This document shows positions 26,811-41,254 of a stretch of DNA of 64,000 nt, one piece after another. The notes beneath the pieces were generated by a model, which was not told the DNA's origin, did not search any database, and saw only the letters and a program-made list of their open reading frames with translations. The position numbers and the translations under genes were made by a program. Numbering within the stretch: the first letter of the stretch is position 1; every line of letters begins with the position of its first letter. Source of the DNA: Octopus sinensis (Eukaryota); contig NC_043011.1 in the NCBI RefSeq assembly GCF_006345805.1, forward strand, positions 51,038,464-51,102,463. Direction: 5' to 3'.

Positions 26811-28484
26811 TCTATATATATAAAACTGTAGTTGTGTGAGTGTCTGTCCCCTTCGATTTAGATTCCTAACTACTCCCACATTTTGCGATGCAGTTTAACC
26901 AAATTCGGGTATCTTATAGTCGTGATTCATATCGAGCCCGTCTGAGTATTAGCGCGCGTCTACGATGAGTCTACGATTTAAAAAATAATTTAACATCATT
27001 TTTTTATTCCATTTTAATGCATAATTTTTCGTGTGTCGATGGAGGCGGAGTTGGCGTCCATGGTCACACTTGCACCTGTGTTGCTTCTCCCCTTCTTCCC
27101 TCCCTCGTGAAGCTGTGGGGAAGGGAGTGTAAGGAAATCAACGTCGTAAAGCGTTGTCAAGGAGACCAGCGCTCTTTTAGAACAACGACTTCATGGCTTG
27201 AAGACACCAAAACAGAAATGGCTAAGAAAGCCCGAATTGGCATCTATAAGGGAAGTAACTCTCTAAAAATGCTTATATAGTTATTTCCCTTACAAACCGA
27301 GCAACGCCGGGCGATACTGCTAGTATATATATAAAAGTGAAGTTGTGTAAGTGTCTGTCTCCTACGATTTAGATTCCTAACTACTCCCACATTTTGCGGT
27401 GCAGTTTAACCAAATTCGGGTATCTTATAGTCGTGATTCATATCGAGCCCGTCTGGGTATTAGCGCGCGTCTACGATTTTAAAAATAATTTACCATAATT
27501 TTTTTCCATTTCAACGCATATTTTTTAAATAAAGGGCTCACACCTGCACCTGTGTTGCTTCTCCCCTTCTTCCCACCCTCGTGAAGCTGTGGGGAAGGGA
27601 GTGTAAGGAATCAACGTCGTAAAGCGTTGTCAAGGAGACCAGCGTCTTTTAGAACAACGACTTCATGGCTTGAAGACACCAAAACAGAAATGGCTAAGAA
27701 AGCCCGAATTGGCATCTATAAGGGAAGTAACTCTCTAAAAATGCTTATATAGTTATTTCCCTTACAAACCGAGCAACGCCGGGCGATACTGCTAGTATAT
27801 ATATAAAAGTGAAGTTGTGTAAGTGTCTGTCTCCTACGATTTAGATTCCTAACTACTCCCACATTTTGCGGTGCAGTTTAACCAAATTCGGGTATCTTAT
27901 AGTCGTGATTCATATCGAGCCCGTCTGGGTATTAGCGCGCGTCTACGATTTTAAAAATAATTTACCATAATTTTTTTCCATTTCAACGCATATTTTTTAA
28001 ATAAAGGGCTCACACCTGCACCTGTGTTGCTTCTCCCCTTCTTCCCACCCTCGTGAAGCTGTGGGGAAGGGAGTGTAAGGAAATCAACGTCGTAAAGCGT
28101 TGTCAAGGAGACCAGCGTTCTTTTAGAACAACGACTTCATGGCTTGAAGACACCAAAACAGAAATGGCTAAGAAAGCCCGAAAGCAAATTCTACAAAATC
28201 GGGAAACACGCCACACAGGGAAGGTTTCCCGTGCAAATAATTTGCACAACCGAATGTTATAGTTGTTGCACAACTTTTACTTAAAAAATATTATCCAAAC
28301 ACAAACTTTTTAAGGCAATATTGTATGGCGATGGTACTTGTGAAATATGGTAATGGATTTAGTAGCCAAAAGAGAGAGCAGAGGCATAGTATGGTGGTGG
28401 TGGTGGCGGTGGTGCTGGTAGTGGTGATGGTGGTCATGGTCGTGGTGGTCGTCGTGTTTGTGGTGGTGGTGGTGGTGGTGGTGG

Positions 28485-28515
<31 letters not shown>

Positions 28516-29461
28516 GGGGGGGTGATGATAGTGGTGGTGGTCGTCGTGGTGATGATGGTGGTGGTGGTGGTCTTCGTGATGGTGGTGGTGATGGTCATGG
28601 GCGTAGTGGTGGTGGTGGTAGTGGTGATGGTGTCGGTCGTGGTGGTGGCTGAAGCTGTCATCTGGGTTCTTCCAATTTTTTCGTGTGTCGGTGGCGGCGT
28701 TGGCGTTCATGCTCGCACCTGCACCAGTGTAGCTCCTCCCCTTCTTCCCTCCCTCGTGAAGCTGTGAGGAAGGCAGGGTAGGGAAATCAACGTCGTAAAG
28801 CGTTGTCAAGGAGACCAGCGTTCTTTTAGAACAACGACTTCATGGCTTGAAGTCACCAAAACAGAAATCGCTAAAAAACCTGAAACAGATCCACAAAAAC
28901 GGCAAAAACCGCCACACAGGGCAGGTTTCTTGTGCAAACAATTTGTACAACCGAATGTTTTAGTTGTTGCACAAATCTTTATATATAAAAGTGAAGTTGT
29001 GTGTCTGTCTCCTACGATTTAGATTCCTAACTACTCCCACATTTTGCGGTGCAGTTTAACCAAAACCGGGTATCTTATAGTCGTGGTTTATATCGAGCCC
29101 TTCTGGGTATTAGCGCGCGTCTACGATGAGTCTACGATTTAAAAAAAAAATTACCATCATTTTTTCCATTTTAATGCATTTTTTCGCTATTATATAAGGG
29201 AAGTAACTCTCTAAAAATGTCTACGATGAGTCAACGATTTAAAAAAAAAATTACCATCATTTTTTCCATTTTAATGCATTTTTTCGCTATTATATAAGGG
29301 AAGTAACTCTCTAAAAATGTCTACGATGAGTCAACGATTTAAAAAAAAAATTACCATAATTTTTTATTCCATTTTTAATGCATTTTTTTGCTATAACTCT
29401 CTAAAAATGCTTATATAGTTATTTCCCTTACAAACCCGAGCAACGCCGGGCGATACTGCTA

Positions 29462-29462
<1 letters not shown>
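26811..29462 (+). mobile_element. Concatemer of non-autonomous Helitron units
   Basis: 5' A|TC at 26811; 3' ends CCGAGCAACGCCGGGCGATACTG-CTAG|T at 27323, 27795 and 29462. Units run head to tail with a shared core. Confidence 0.85.
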
Positions 29463-29501
<39 letters not shown>

Positions 29502-29759
29502 GTGAACTATATATATATATAATATATATATATATACACGTGAACTATATATATATATATATATATAAATATATGAAAGAATGGAGTTGAACGACGAATT
29601 AACAAAATTCCTTTATTTTCAACATATGTTCTGAAGGCTGCATATTCCTAATTGCGAAGGAATAAGGAGTATATTATTTGTCTTCTCTGATGTGAATTTG
29701 CTACCCAGGTATCGGTTAACCGAATTATCCATACAAGATAATTCATTCTACTACTCAAA

Positions 29760-29797
<38 letters not shown>

Positions 29798-30535
29798 ACG
29801 GTATTGTTTAATGTTGTAGTTTTTAGTTGGAGTCGCGGGTCACCAAATGTAACGGTAGCAATTATAACGGTAGATATTTGATTTGGTACACAATATTATG
29901 AAATGTTATGGTCACCTGTTGTGACGATAAGGATTTGTTGTTATGGTTGCATACTGTAGGATGTGAATGATGAGAAAGATGCACAATGTATAAAGTTTTA
30001 AGGAAATATTTATTTACCGTTACGTTACAATACCTTACCTTGACGGGCAGGTTGATAAATCCAAAAGCATGCGAAAGTTAGATGTGGTAGAATATTTAAG
30101 TTTGGGTTCTCTTCATTGTTAGTAGTAATTGCTGAAACGGATAGAATGATGTAGCTCCAAGTCTGCCCCTGATTAAGCAGATCTATAATGAAAGGCTCCA
30201 GTCTTAACTATCCCCATATTTGTTTAAAATATATCTAAGACCAATGTTCTCTCTATTTTTTTAGGGGACAGTATGTGCAAAAATCTGAAGTTGTGAAATT
30301 TTTTCTGTTGGATGAAACTATTCTTTCCTTTTACTTGTTTCACTCAGTTGACTGCGGCCATGCTGGAGCACCGCCTTAGAAAGTTTTAGTCGAAGAAATC
30401 CACTCCAGGACTTATTCCATGTAAGCTTAGTACTTACTCTGTCGGTCTCTTTTGCCAAACCGCTTGATTACGGTGACGTAAACACACCAAGATCGGTTGT
30501 CAAGCGATGGTGGAGGGACAAACACAGACACAAAC

Positions 30536-30608
<73 letters not shown>

Positions 30609-32246
30609 CATATATATATATATACATATATACGACGGGCTTCTTTCAGTTTCCGTCTACCAAATCCATTCACAAGGCTTTGGTCAGCCCAAGGCTATAG
30701 TAGAAGATACTTGCACAAGGTGCCATATAATGGGACTGAACCCAGAAACCATGTATGTGTACTTTATTACTGTATCATTGTATTGATCAGACTGGTCACA
30801 ATGCACTTCCAATTCTGTGTTGATTGTACCCTTCTTTTCCATCTTGGTCTAAATCATCTTCCTATTGTTGCTGAGGCCTTCAAAGAGGCCTTTTCTGATT
30901 GCATAGATATTGTTTAGCAACTGCATGGGTCCACCTGTTGACTGTGAACCTTGTGCTATGTCTGACCCAGTAGAACTTGTGCTTTCAGCTTTCTGTGATC
31001 ACATGGTTTCTCTGCTCCATTCTTGAATTACTTTATTTCAGATATGCTCTTGCAATGATATTCTGAGCATGGATCATTCCATGGCCCTTCACACTAAATA
31101 TTTATGTTTTATTAATGTGAAGGTATATGGCCTAGTGTTTTGGGTGTTGGGCTCATGATTGTAAGGTTGTGATTTCAATTCCCAGACCATACAACACACT
31201 GTGTTCTTGAACAAAACATTTCATTTCACACAGCTAAAATTGAGTATTAGCAACAACAGCTTTCTGGGAGGCTGTTTTAGCATTTCTATTACCTTGTGGT
31301 ACCTAATTACAGCTATGTGGACTGAGCTTTTCTAAGTTAAGTATCTAAGAAATAAGGTAATGCTGTTGATATAAACTACCTTTCAGTTATTTCTTCAGTA
31401 CTTCTTCAAGTCAGTCATCCACACTGCAGTAACAAGAAATGTACTTGTAGGAAGTGAGGTTGGCACTGGATGGGTGCCTCACAATTCCTTACATAGTCGT
31501 GGAAAGGAAAATAGCGGGAACAAGAATCTCCGAACAAATAACAATATTTATTTTTCTGTCTGTACAAGTGTTACATCTCTGGACAGTTGGTAGCCAGGTT
31601 GCCTTGGTGTGGAAACAGTAGAGTCGGCTTAATCACAATTGTGAAGGCATTCTTCACAGATTCGCCAAAGTTGTGGATCGCCTTCAGAATTCCAGCCACA
31701 TGGAGCTGGAATTCTGACGGCAAGCGATGTTGCGAGTCTGTGAAAATGCCTTTGTATTTTTGTGTCTAACTATCAACCCTGCTGCTTCTCGCACACCAAG
31801 ACGTCCAGGCTACAGATGTCCAGAGATGAAATGTTTATTCAGGCAAAATAAATTAGGCGTCACTACATACTAATATAAATGAAGTCTTAATGGTTTGTGC
31901 TGAGGAATAAGCAGACATCCATCTGATATCTATACAATAATAAATATAGTGGTTTCAAATTTTGGCACAAGACCATCAAATTTAGGGGAAGGTGTTAAGT
32001 CAATTCCATTAACCTTCAATGCTCAACTGGTACAGAATCCGAAAGAATGGAAGGTAAACTGTATCACAGTGGAATTTGAACACACAGCATAAAGAATTGG
32101 AAGAAATGCTGCTGAGCATTTTGTCCGACATGCTAATGATTCAGCCAGCTTGCTGCCTTACTTATAATTATACCAAATTTATTGAACCAACTATGCAGTG
32201 TCTTCTACATGGTTGCATATACTGCTAGAAATAGCAGCCAAATCTC

Positions 32247-32288
<42 letters not shown>

Positions 32289-32476
32289 TGTGTACAGTGC
32301 TCAGGTGCACTACAACTCATCTAAAGTGTATATATAATCAGGTGTAGTTTCGGCGGATTTAGGAAAGCATGAGGGCCTTAAAGGATGCAGTGTCATGGCA
32401 GTCAACAACTGACGCAGGCAGTTTATTCCATGCTTCAGCAACTCTGAGCATGAAAAAATGTTTCCGAAAGTCATAA
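32247..32476 (-). mobile_element. CR1-type LINE extreme 3' end
   Basis: (ata)n tail followed by cagtgctcaggtgcac...catgaaaaaatgtttcc, matching 41255-41530. Confidence 0.75.
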
Positions 32477-33032
32477 ATACCCTACCTGGATATACATCAT
32501 CTGAAAGAAAAGCTAAGTGGTCTTGGCTTGAACACCTTTGATCCTACATATAGTCAGGCTATATAGATATATCATGTAAGCAAGCTACATGTGGGCATTT
32601 TCATCTCAGTTACTCCTTTTACTATCTTCTGTTTTTCCTTATATACCCATATTCCAAAGAAAGACAAAGGATAGCAGTAACGACATTTGGTATTGTATTT
32701 ATGCTTTTAGAATGTAAAACACTTTATACAACCAGGTCAAAGTTTAAAGGGTCACATGACTGCAGGTTTAATATTCACAAAATTTCATTTGGTCACTCAT
32801 GATGTTCTTTCTTGCAGTCAAAATTAGGCTAATATACTTGAATCTTACCAAAGTTCAGTAAAACTTATTATCTATTAACTAATATTAATGTAATTTCATT
32901 TAACATTTGATTTAAAAATAATTAAGTGCTGCTGTTAGTTAGTATATTGGTTATCACTCATATACACACTTACACACAAACATAGATGTGGTTATTTATG
33001 TAAATAAATACACTCACAAGCACATACACACA

Positions 33033-33066
<34 letters not shown>

Positions 33067-33449
33067 GGTATGTGTGTGTTTGTCTTATCAGTTAGTTGTT
33101 AAAAAATCAGGGTAAAAATTGCATTTTTGTTGCCACACAGTCTATTACTGATTATGGCATATAACTGGTTAGAATGTTACCATAGATTTCACACCAGCTT
33201 TCGCACTTGACAATATTAACAGCTCTCTATTCATAGTGGCTGGAAGTGAATAGCCTCTTTTATGCTGGAGGTACATTTACACTCTGGTTGGCTCAGAACT
33301 GGAATGAAACGTAGTGAAAATCTATAACATTTTCCAGGAAGGAAGGAAGAGTTATTCTCATGGATTGATGTCAGACGTAGTTGAACTATACTAGTTGTGT
33401 ATGTACACTTGTATGTCATTCTCTAAATGAATTTTTGCTCATAAGGGCA

Positions 33450-33740
33450 GCATCTGAATATTTCGCTTCTTGAATTCAGGAAGGTACCCAGATCATGTGA
33501 ATTTCTTTAGTATGATTCTCCTTTTTACCAAACAAAGCTTTCAATACCTACTGCTATTCAGATATGGTTCAAGTCATTCCAGTAACTTCCAGATGATTTA
33601 GTACATTGTTGCTTCCTCTTTTAAGCATTATGTGTAGCTGGTTAACATTGTAGCATTGTACCTCTCTTGGATTCTAAAAGAGGATCATTGGTTATTCAAC
33701 CTGGCTTTAAAGAGACCTTCTGTTACTTGGACATATTTCT
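33450..33740 (-). pseudogene. Penelope-like element GIY-YIG endonuclease relic
   Basis: Manual translation KYVQVTEGLFKARLNNQ*SSFRIQERYNATMLTSYT*CLKE...IIWKLLE...PYLNSSRY*KLCLVKRRIILK resembles PLE YIGxTExxFKxRYNNHKSSF...TxLSKYIWxLK...W...Y...CxLCL. Several stops. Confidence 0.7.
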
Positions 33741-34226
33741 GTATGCAGTGTCTTCTACATGGTTGCATATACTGCTAGGAATAGCAGCCAAATCTCTCTA
33801 ACATTAGATAAATACCCTACCTGGATATACATCATCTGAAAGAAAAGCTAAGTGGTCTTGGCTTGAACACCTGTATGTGTGTCTTACTCTGCTGTTGTAG
33901 GACAGCACCATTTCTGCTTTGTAGACCATGTTGCATTAGCCATTCACTGGGCTTTCATTGTAAACTCTACATGAACAGCCAGCTTCTGCCTGGGGCCTTT
34001 TGGTATTCATTAATATAATTTTTATATTAAACACACAGCTGTTTGAGATTCTTAAGTTATTACAGTTTTCACCTAATTGTCGACCAGACTCACTTATATG
34101 GCTTTGGTCAGCCCAGCACTATAGGAGAAGACAATTTTCACCAAGGTACTATGCAGTGGGACTACATCTGAAACATCATAGTACAAAGCAAACTTCTTAA
34201 CAACACAGGCAGAAGTGTGTGAGTGA

Positions 34227-34277
<51 letters not shown>

Positions 34278-35237
34278 CGCGCCTGTGTAGCTAAATGTCT
34301 ATCTATCAATATATGTATGTATCTATATCTATATAAAAAATTATATAATACTATTGTTTGTTTTTATGTCAAGTTATAATAAAAACAAATTAACGTTAAA
34401 CTAAAGAAATACTCAATACTTTTTATTGAGTACATATTTATTAATCTTTTACAAGTAGAGGGTTAACAGTGACTTCAAAGTTTTGGCCTACTAGCCTTCA
34501 CAGGAGATTTGGCTATGACTTATGTCCCTTGGTTAGATATGTTGTGAAGCCAGCGGGAGTTACCTTGAAATGGGGAAAGTGTGTATTAATAACGAGGTGT
34601 CCCTGCAGGAGTGGTGTGTGTGACATGTGTAGCAGTGTCATATATTTAATTTTTTCTGTGGGTGTAGCTATATATATATATAGTGCTGTGTTTGTTGGTC
34701 TGTTTTCTTTCTGTAAAGGGTAAGGTTGTTGGGTTAATGTTTATATGCATCCACTACTAGTTGCATATTCTTGACTTTCTGCACACTCCATCTGCCAACA
34801 TTACAACTATTACATAATTCAATTTGACTATATATATATGCTCTTTGACTATATATATATGCATGTTTCAGTCATTTGACTGCAGATATGCTGGAGCACC
34901 GCCTTTAGTGAAAGAAATCGACCTCAAGACTTATTCTTTGTAAGCCTAGTACTTACTCTATTGGTTTCTTTTGCCAAACCACTAAGTTATGGGGACATAA
35001 ACACACCAACATTGGTTGTCAAGTGATGTTGGAGGTACAAACACAAACACAAAGACACACACACACAAATATATATACATATACAGAATATGGGGGCTTA
35101 GTTCACTGTTGTTCTAAATGAATAGGTACGCTGATTAAGTGCTGCAATGGATTATCAGGGTTCCAAGCTTGTAACTGGGATGGGATCTATAGATCCATTT
35201 TAGCAGATAAGTATTTAAAATATACATAAATATATAT

Positions 35238-35303
<66 letters not shown>

Positions 35304-35304
<1 letters not shown>

Positions 35305-35606
35305 TAGCAGTATCGCCCGGCGTTGCTCGGGTTTGTAAGGGAAATAACTATATAAGCATTTTTAGAGAGTTACTTCCCTTATATAACCTGAGCAAAAATC
35401 CTTAAAATGCGGAAAAATGATGGTAAATTTTTTTTTAAATCGTAGACTCATCGTAGACGCGCACTAATACCCAGAAGGGCTCGATATGAATGACGACTAT
35501 AAGATACTCGCTTTTGGTTAAACTGCACCGCAAAATGTGGGAGTAGTTAAGAATCTAAATCGGAGGAGACAGAGTCTCACATACACAACTTGAATTTTAT
35601 ATATAA

Positions 35607-35609
<3 letters not shown>
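35304..35609 (-). mobile_element. Non-autonomous Helitron, single unit in (TA)n
   Basis: Reverse complement of the 28976-29462 type unit, with TC...hairpin-CTAG termini. Confidence 0.85.
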
Positions 35610-35673
<64 letters not shown>

Positions 35674-36628
35674 CATATATATATATATATGATGTGCTTC
35701 TTTCTTTGGTCAGTCTGAGGCTATAGTGGAAGACACTTGCCCAAGGTGCCATGCAGTGGGACTGAATCCAGAACCATGTAGTTGAGAAGCAAGCTTCTTA
35801 CCACACAGCTATGCCTTTGCCTATAATATATATCTGATTATATGCACCAATATATATATATTTGGCTATATAAATATAAATGCTATGTGTATGAAAATTC
35901 ATTGATTATTGTACAAATATATCTCATGCTTCTTTATTATTTCTATTTACATTCTGAGCTTATCTACCACCCAAATTCAGTTGGCTTTTCATCATTGTGG
36001 GTTTGATAGAACAGTTAAACATTTGAAGTGTTTTTTCTAGCATGATTCAATGACTGAGGAGAACCCCCTCCTGCCAAGCCATGTGCACAGATGTGCACTG
36101 AACATTCCTTGGAGACCCTGTAAAGATCAAGGTCACGACTCTATCTTCATGACTAAATCAGAAATATGTATGTGTGTGTGTATATATATATACACACACT
36201 GAGATTGATATATATATGCATATATATGCATGAATAAATACATCTACATAGATGCTAAATACATGCTTGTGTGTATGTATTAATGTAAATATATATATAC
36301 ATATTTACATTAATACACACACACATACACATACATATATCACCGTAACCAACCAGGCTATCAGATGTTGCTACACATCGTTGGTCGCAATGTGCTTCGC
36401 ACTGTTTTAGCCTTCAAATGACACCATCCCGCTGGCTAAGCGAGTAGGCCAACAGAAGAAAAAGTGAGAGAAAGTTGTGGTGAAAGAGTACAGCAGGGAT
36501 CGCCCCCCCCCCTGCCGGAGCCTCGTGGAGCTTTGGGTGTTTTCGCTCAATAAACGCCCAGTCTGGGAATCGAAACCGCGATCCTATGACCACGAGTCCA
36601 CTGCCCTAACCACTGGGCCATTGCGCCT

Positions 36629-36708
<80 letters not shown>

Positions 36709-38288
36709 GCAAATACTAAGTTACATCTACTGGTAAAAAAATAGATGTTGTCACTAACAAAGAAGACACAATTGATATAAAAACAATGACAATATGTCTA
36801 TAATGTCCATGTTTATTTATACCATTGGTAATTATTAATATAATTGACATTGTATGTATGTGTGTGTATACATGTATGTATATATATAAATATATGTATG
36901 TATATATACACACACATATACACCCACATGTATATGTATATATACACATACATACACTCACACACACATGTACATCTACACATTCATACACACATTCACA
37001 GACAGTAAAATCTTAGCAATTTTCACATGAATGCAAAAGTCATGTGCAGGCTATTATAATTTTAATTATGCACACTCACACACATGATGTAATTAAATTA
37101 AGGAATGACACATTGAGCGGATACATATGCAAAAATAGTCTCTGTTAATTGAAATTTATCTCTTAGTTGGAGGAAAATATCAAAAGCCTAGTGGCCATTG
37201 TTGACAACTGTCAAAGAGAAGGATGCTAATTTTTGGAAATATTAAAATGTTGATTGTCATAGTTGCATGCATAACTATACAGTTAAGAAATTTGGTTTGG
37301 TACCATGTGGTTCTGGGTTTGGTCCCATAACACAAAACCTTTAGCAGCTGAGGCATTTAGTAACTGAGTTAGGGTTAGGGTTAGGGGTTGGGGAAGGGTG
37401 TATTTTTTTCTTCACAAATGTAAATAAACCCAATCTGTTTCTTAAAGGAGGGACATATTCATTATGCACAGAATGTTATTTACCTAAATGGACGTCAACG
37501 ATTGGTTAAAATTGCCGAAATGCTCGAAATTAAAGACGAAATATGTTACAACATATAGAATTTTCTCAATAAAGCCAAGAGGAAATGATGTTTTATAAAT
37601 ACATTCTACCAGTATACGAAGTTCAAAACTTTTTAGTTACCTAAAAATTATGTTACAAAGTGCCATTCAAAAGGAAAAGATCCATTTATTTATAAATGTA
37701 TGCACGAAATATATATACATCTTTTACCTTTTTTCAGTCATTTGACTTCAGCCATGTGGGGTCACCACCTTGAAGGGTTTTAGTCATACAAATCGACCCT
37801 AGGATTTCTTATTTTTTGAAGCTTAGTACTTATAACATTGGTCTCTTTTGCCAAACCACTAAGTTACAGGGATGTAAACACAGCCACACACACACACACA
37901 TGACAGGTTTCTTTCAGTTTCTGTCTGCCAAATCCACTCACAAGGCTTTGGTTGTCCCAATGTGCAATGCAGTGGGGCTGAACCCAGAACCATGTGGTTG
38001 AGAAGCAAGTTTCTTACCACACAGTTACAATGCATAATACAATGTAAATCAGTCACTTAGATAATCTGAAATTTAATGCATGTATGCCAACAATTTTAAA
38101 ATTACAAGCCTTTCTGGAAAATGCAAATATTTATTTACATTTTGGCATAGGCAAAACCAAAAAAAAAACAAAAAAACATTGTTTACATTTGTTTGCATTT
38201 CACAGCCAGGTTTACAATTTTAAAATTGTAGGTACACCAATATTATATTTTAGACTAACCAATATAAACCAATTATTTAATATAAGTG

Positions 38289-38673
38289 TAGGAGTGGATG
38301 TGTGGTAGGTAGCTTGCTTACGAACCACATGGTTCTGGGTTCAGTCCCACTGCATGGCACCTTGGGCAAGTGTCTTCTACTATAGCCTCAGGCCAATCAA
38401 AGCCTTGTGAGTGGATTTGGCAGACGGAAACTGAAAGAAGCCTGTTGTATATATGTATATGTGTATATGTTTGTGTGTCTGTGTTTGTCCCGCCCAACAT
38501 CGCTTGACAACCGATGCTGGTGTGTTTACATTCCCATAACTTAGCGGTTCAGCAAAAGAGACTGATAGAATAAGTACTAGGCTTACAAAGAATAAGTCCT
38601 GGAGTCGATTTGGTCGACTAAAGGCAGTGCTCCAGCATAGCCACAATCAAATGACTGAAACAAATAAAAGAGT
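38289..38673 (+). mobile_element. SINE family A
   Basis: Full-length copy. Confidence 0.9.
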
Positions 38674-38963
38674 AATATTCTTCCAAATTACTTAAGAATT
38701 GTTCTTGGCAAGAAAAAATTTCATTCATTTTTTTTCCACAATCAAAAACTTAATGTGAGGGATTTCTCTTCATCTTATTTTTCCTTCTTATTTGTCAAAG
38801 TTTCTTTCAGAGTAGGTTATGAATAAACTGCAATCAGCTCATACACTTCTTCAGTAGTGACTTCTAAGTCATACTGATCTGTAAGGTGAACAACTTCTCT
38901 TGTAACAGCTTCATAGATATACTTGTAGCGGACGCTTAGTAAAATTCATACTCTCTCTCTCTC

Positions 38964-40320
38964 TGTCATATATAACATAAATACGGACGTAGCAGATAAC
39001 AGCTAACCTTCGGCCGTTTGGACCCTTTTGTGTCCACTACTGTGATTGGTTGGTATTGGCGCAGTTTGTCTCTTGCTCAATTATGTGCCAATATGCAATC
39101 CAATCAATTGCAACCTTCTGATAAGGTCCCGTGACACAGTCTTCTAAATTCTCTGTTGGAGCCTCCTAGTCTCTATGAAAGCTAGTCACAACAAACCGTA
39201 TTTTGTCTTTGGTTCGAGACCTTCTAAGGTCCAACCACTGACCACAGAGCACTCAGCCAGTTCCAGCGACAGACACTACCAGCAGTATTCCAGACCTCCA
39301 CCTCCGTCGCCTTCATCTTAACGACGCCAACAATATCTCTACGTACAAAGCAAATTCACTCTGGTTTAACTTCATGCTGTTTGTGAATACTTCACCATGG
39401 TTAACAGCAAGCTCAACCTGCAAGATTTTCCTGTATCAAGTAACTGGCACAGCATAGTAGCCACAACCGCTTAAATGACACATGATTCAACCGGCTCTGC
39501 ATTGTAGCCACAACATCTTGTTACAGAACTTCAACTATTGTGTACCTTACTACAAACTGGTATTTATCTTCATTGTGTCTGAACTTCTAGTGTACTGTTA
39601 TAGACTCTTTCTATGCTCTGTATTTTATCTCACACACATACACCCTTATTTGTACACACTTATACATTATGTATGCATGACGGCCTGTCTATTCTTATTA
39701 TCATTATTATATATGTATTTATGTCACCACAGACACACTCTGCTAACACGTAAATAAAACCTTTCACTTAACATTCTACGGTTGTGTTGTCTTTCTTTTC
39801 CTTTCTGGCACTCTTACTCATTTATCCATTTTTGCTTTTATTGTAAGCGATTGTGCGGTGTATTAAGGGAGTCATTCTTTTGTCACCTCTCCTTTTGCAC
39901 GGTCATTCTATAGTGGAAGCACTCCGTCGGTTACGACGATGAGGGTTCCGGTTGATCAGAATCAACGGAACAGCCTGCTCGTGAAATTAACGTGTAAGTG
40001 GCTGAGCACTCCACAGACACGTGTACCCTTAACGTAGTTCTCGGGGATATTCAGCGTGACACAGAGAGTGACAAAGCCGGCCCTTTGAAATACAGGTACA
40101 ACAGAAACAGGAAGTAAGAGTGAGAGAAAGTTGTGGTGAAAGAGTACAGCAGGGATCACCACCATCCCTGCCGGAGCCTCGTGGAGCTTTAGGTGTTTTC
40201 GCTCAATAAACACTCACAACACCCGGTCTGGGAATCGAAACCGCGATCCTATAACCGCGAGTCCGCTGCCCTAACCACTGGGCCATTGCGCCTCCACACG
40301 GTCATTCTATAAGAGTAACA
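38964..40320 (+). mobile_element. Possible solo LTR (about 960 bp plus a nested SINE)
   Basis: TGTCA...GTAACA termini, AATAAA near 39753 followed by a T-rich U5-like tract, and a CpG content above the surroundings. No TSD found. Confidence 0.35.
39913..40296 (-). mobile_element. tRNA-derived SINE family B, tail type 2
   Basis: Head ggaggcgcaatggcccagtggttagggc; 15-bp TSD cacggtcattctata at 39898-39912 and 40297-40311. Confidence 0.92.
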
Positions 40321-40660
40321 AAGAATGTGTTACAAATGCATCAATCTCATGTACATTAAAAATACACACAATGTTTTATCTCCCAATTGCTTTTATCTGA
40401 TTACAGATAGGTTCAGAGTATATGAAGTTTGACAATATTCTAAAAAAATAATGCAGATGGAATATACCCTCTATATCATAAAAAGTTTTGGAATAAAGAT
40501 AATAATAAAATAAGCTTGTATGTAGTATGATAACAACAGGTTTAGCATTTTAGCGTTTGGATTATTCTGTCAAATGCAATGTTTATTTATTCACAATGTT
40601 TTGAATTAATTGTGAATTATCTCATAGCTTTGAGATTTCAATAATATACTCTTTTCTCTA

Positions 40661-41043
40661 CTCTTTTACTCTTTTACTTGTTTCAGTCATTTGACTGCGG
40701 CCATGCTGGAGCACCGCCTTTAGTCGAGCAAATCGACCCCAGGACTTATTCTTTGTAAGCCCAGTACTTATTCTATCGGTCTCTTTTGCCGAACCGCTAA
40801 GTGACGGGGACGTAAACACACCAGCATCGGTTGTCAAGCAATGCTAGATGGACAAACACACATACATATATACATATATACGACAGGCTTCTTTCAGTTT
40901 CCGTCCACCAAATCCACTCACAAGGCATTGGTTGGCCCGGGGCTATAGCAGAAGACACTTGCCCAAGATGCCACGCAGTGGGACTGAACCCGGAACCATG
41001 TGGTTGGTTAGCAAGCTACTTACCACACAGCCACTCCTGTGCC
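40661..41043 (-). mobile_element. SINE family A
   Basis: Full-length copy. Confidence 0.92.
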
Positions 41044-41254
41044 TATATGATTACTTATTTTTAGAGTAACACTGTATGGTAGGTGTGAGAGGTTGGATCT
41101 AGCCAGTTTAAGCATAAAACAGAGAGAATATTTGGACTGGATATGGGCAGTTTAAATGCCACAGGGTTATGAAAATCATCTGACAAACTTACCTCAGTAT
41201 CAAAACCTTAGAAAAATTAAACAAACACATCAATTCACCAGACTGATAATTTAT

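Noticed and set aside
28291-28809. His/Thr-rich ORFs
   Set aside because: They are translations of (GGT/GAT/GTT)n microsatellite inside the Helitron.
37368-37390. Interstitial telomere (TTAGGG)n
   Set aside because: Only 2-3 units, embedded in dispersed repeats; similar short tracts occur at about 11175 and 49745.
38800-38930. Minus-strand peptide VRYKYIYEAVTREVVHLTDQYDLEVTTEEVYELI as a host exon
   Set aside because: No splice sites, and it ends in a stop. It is more likely a decayed Tigger transposase fragment, but too weak to call.
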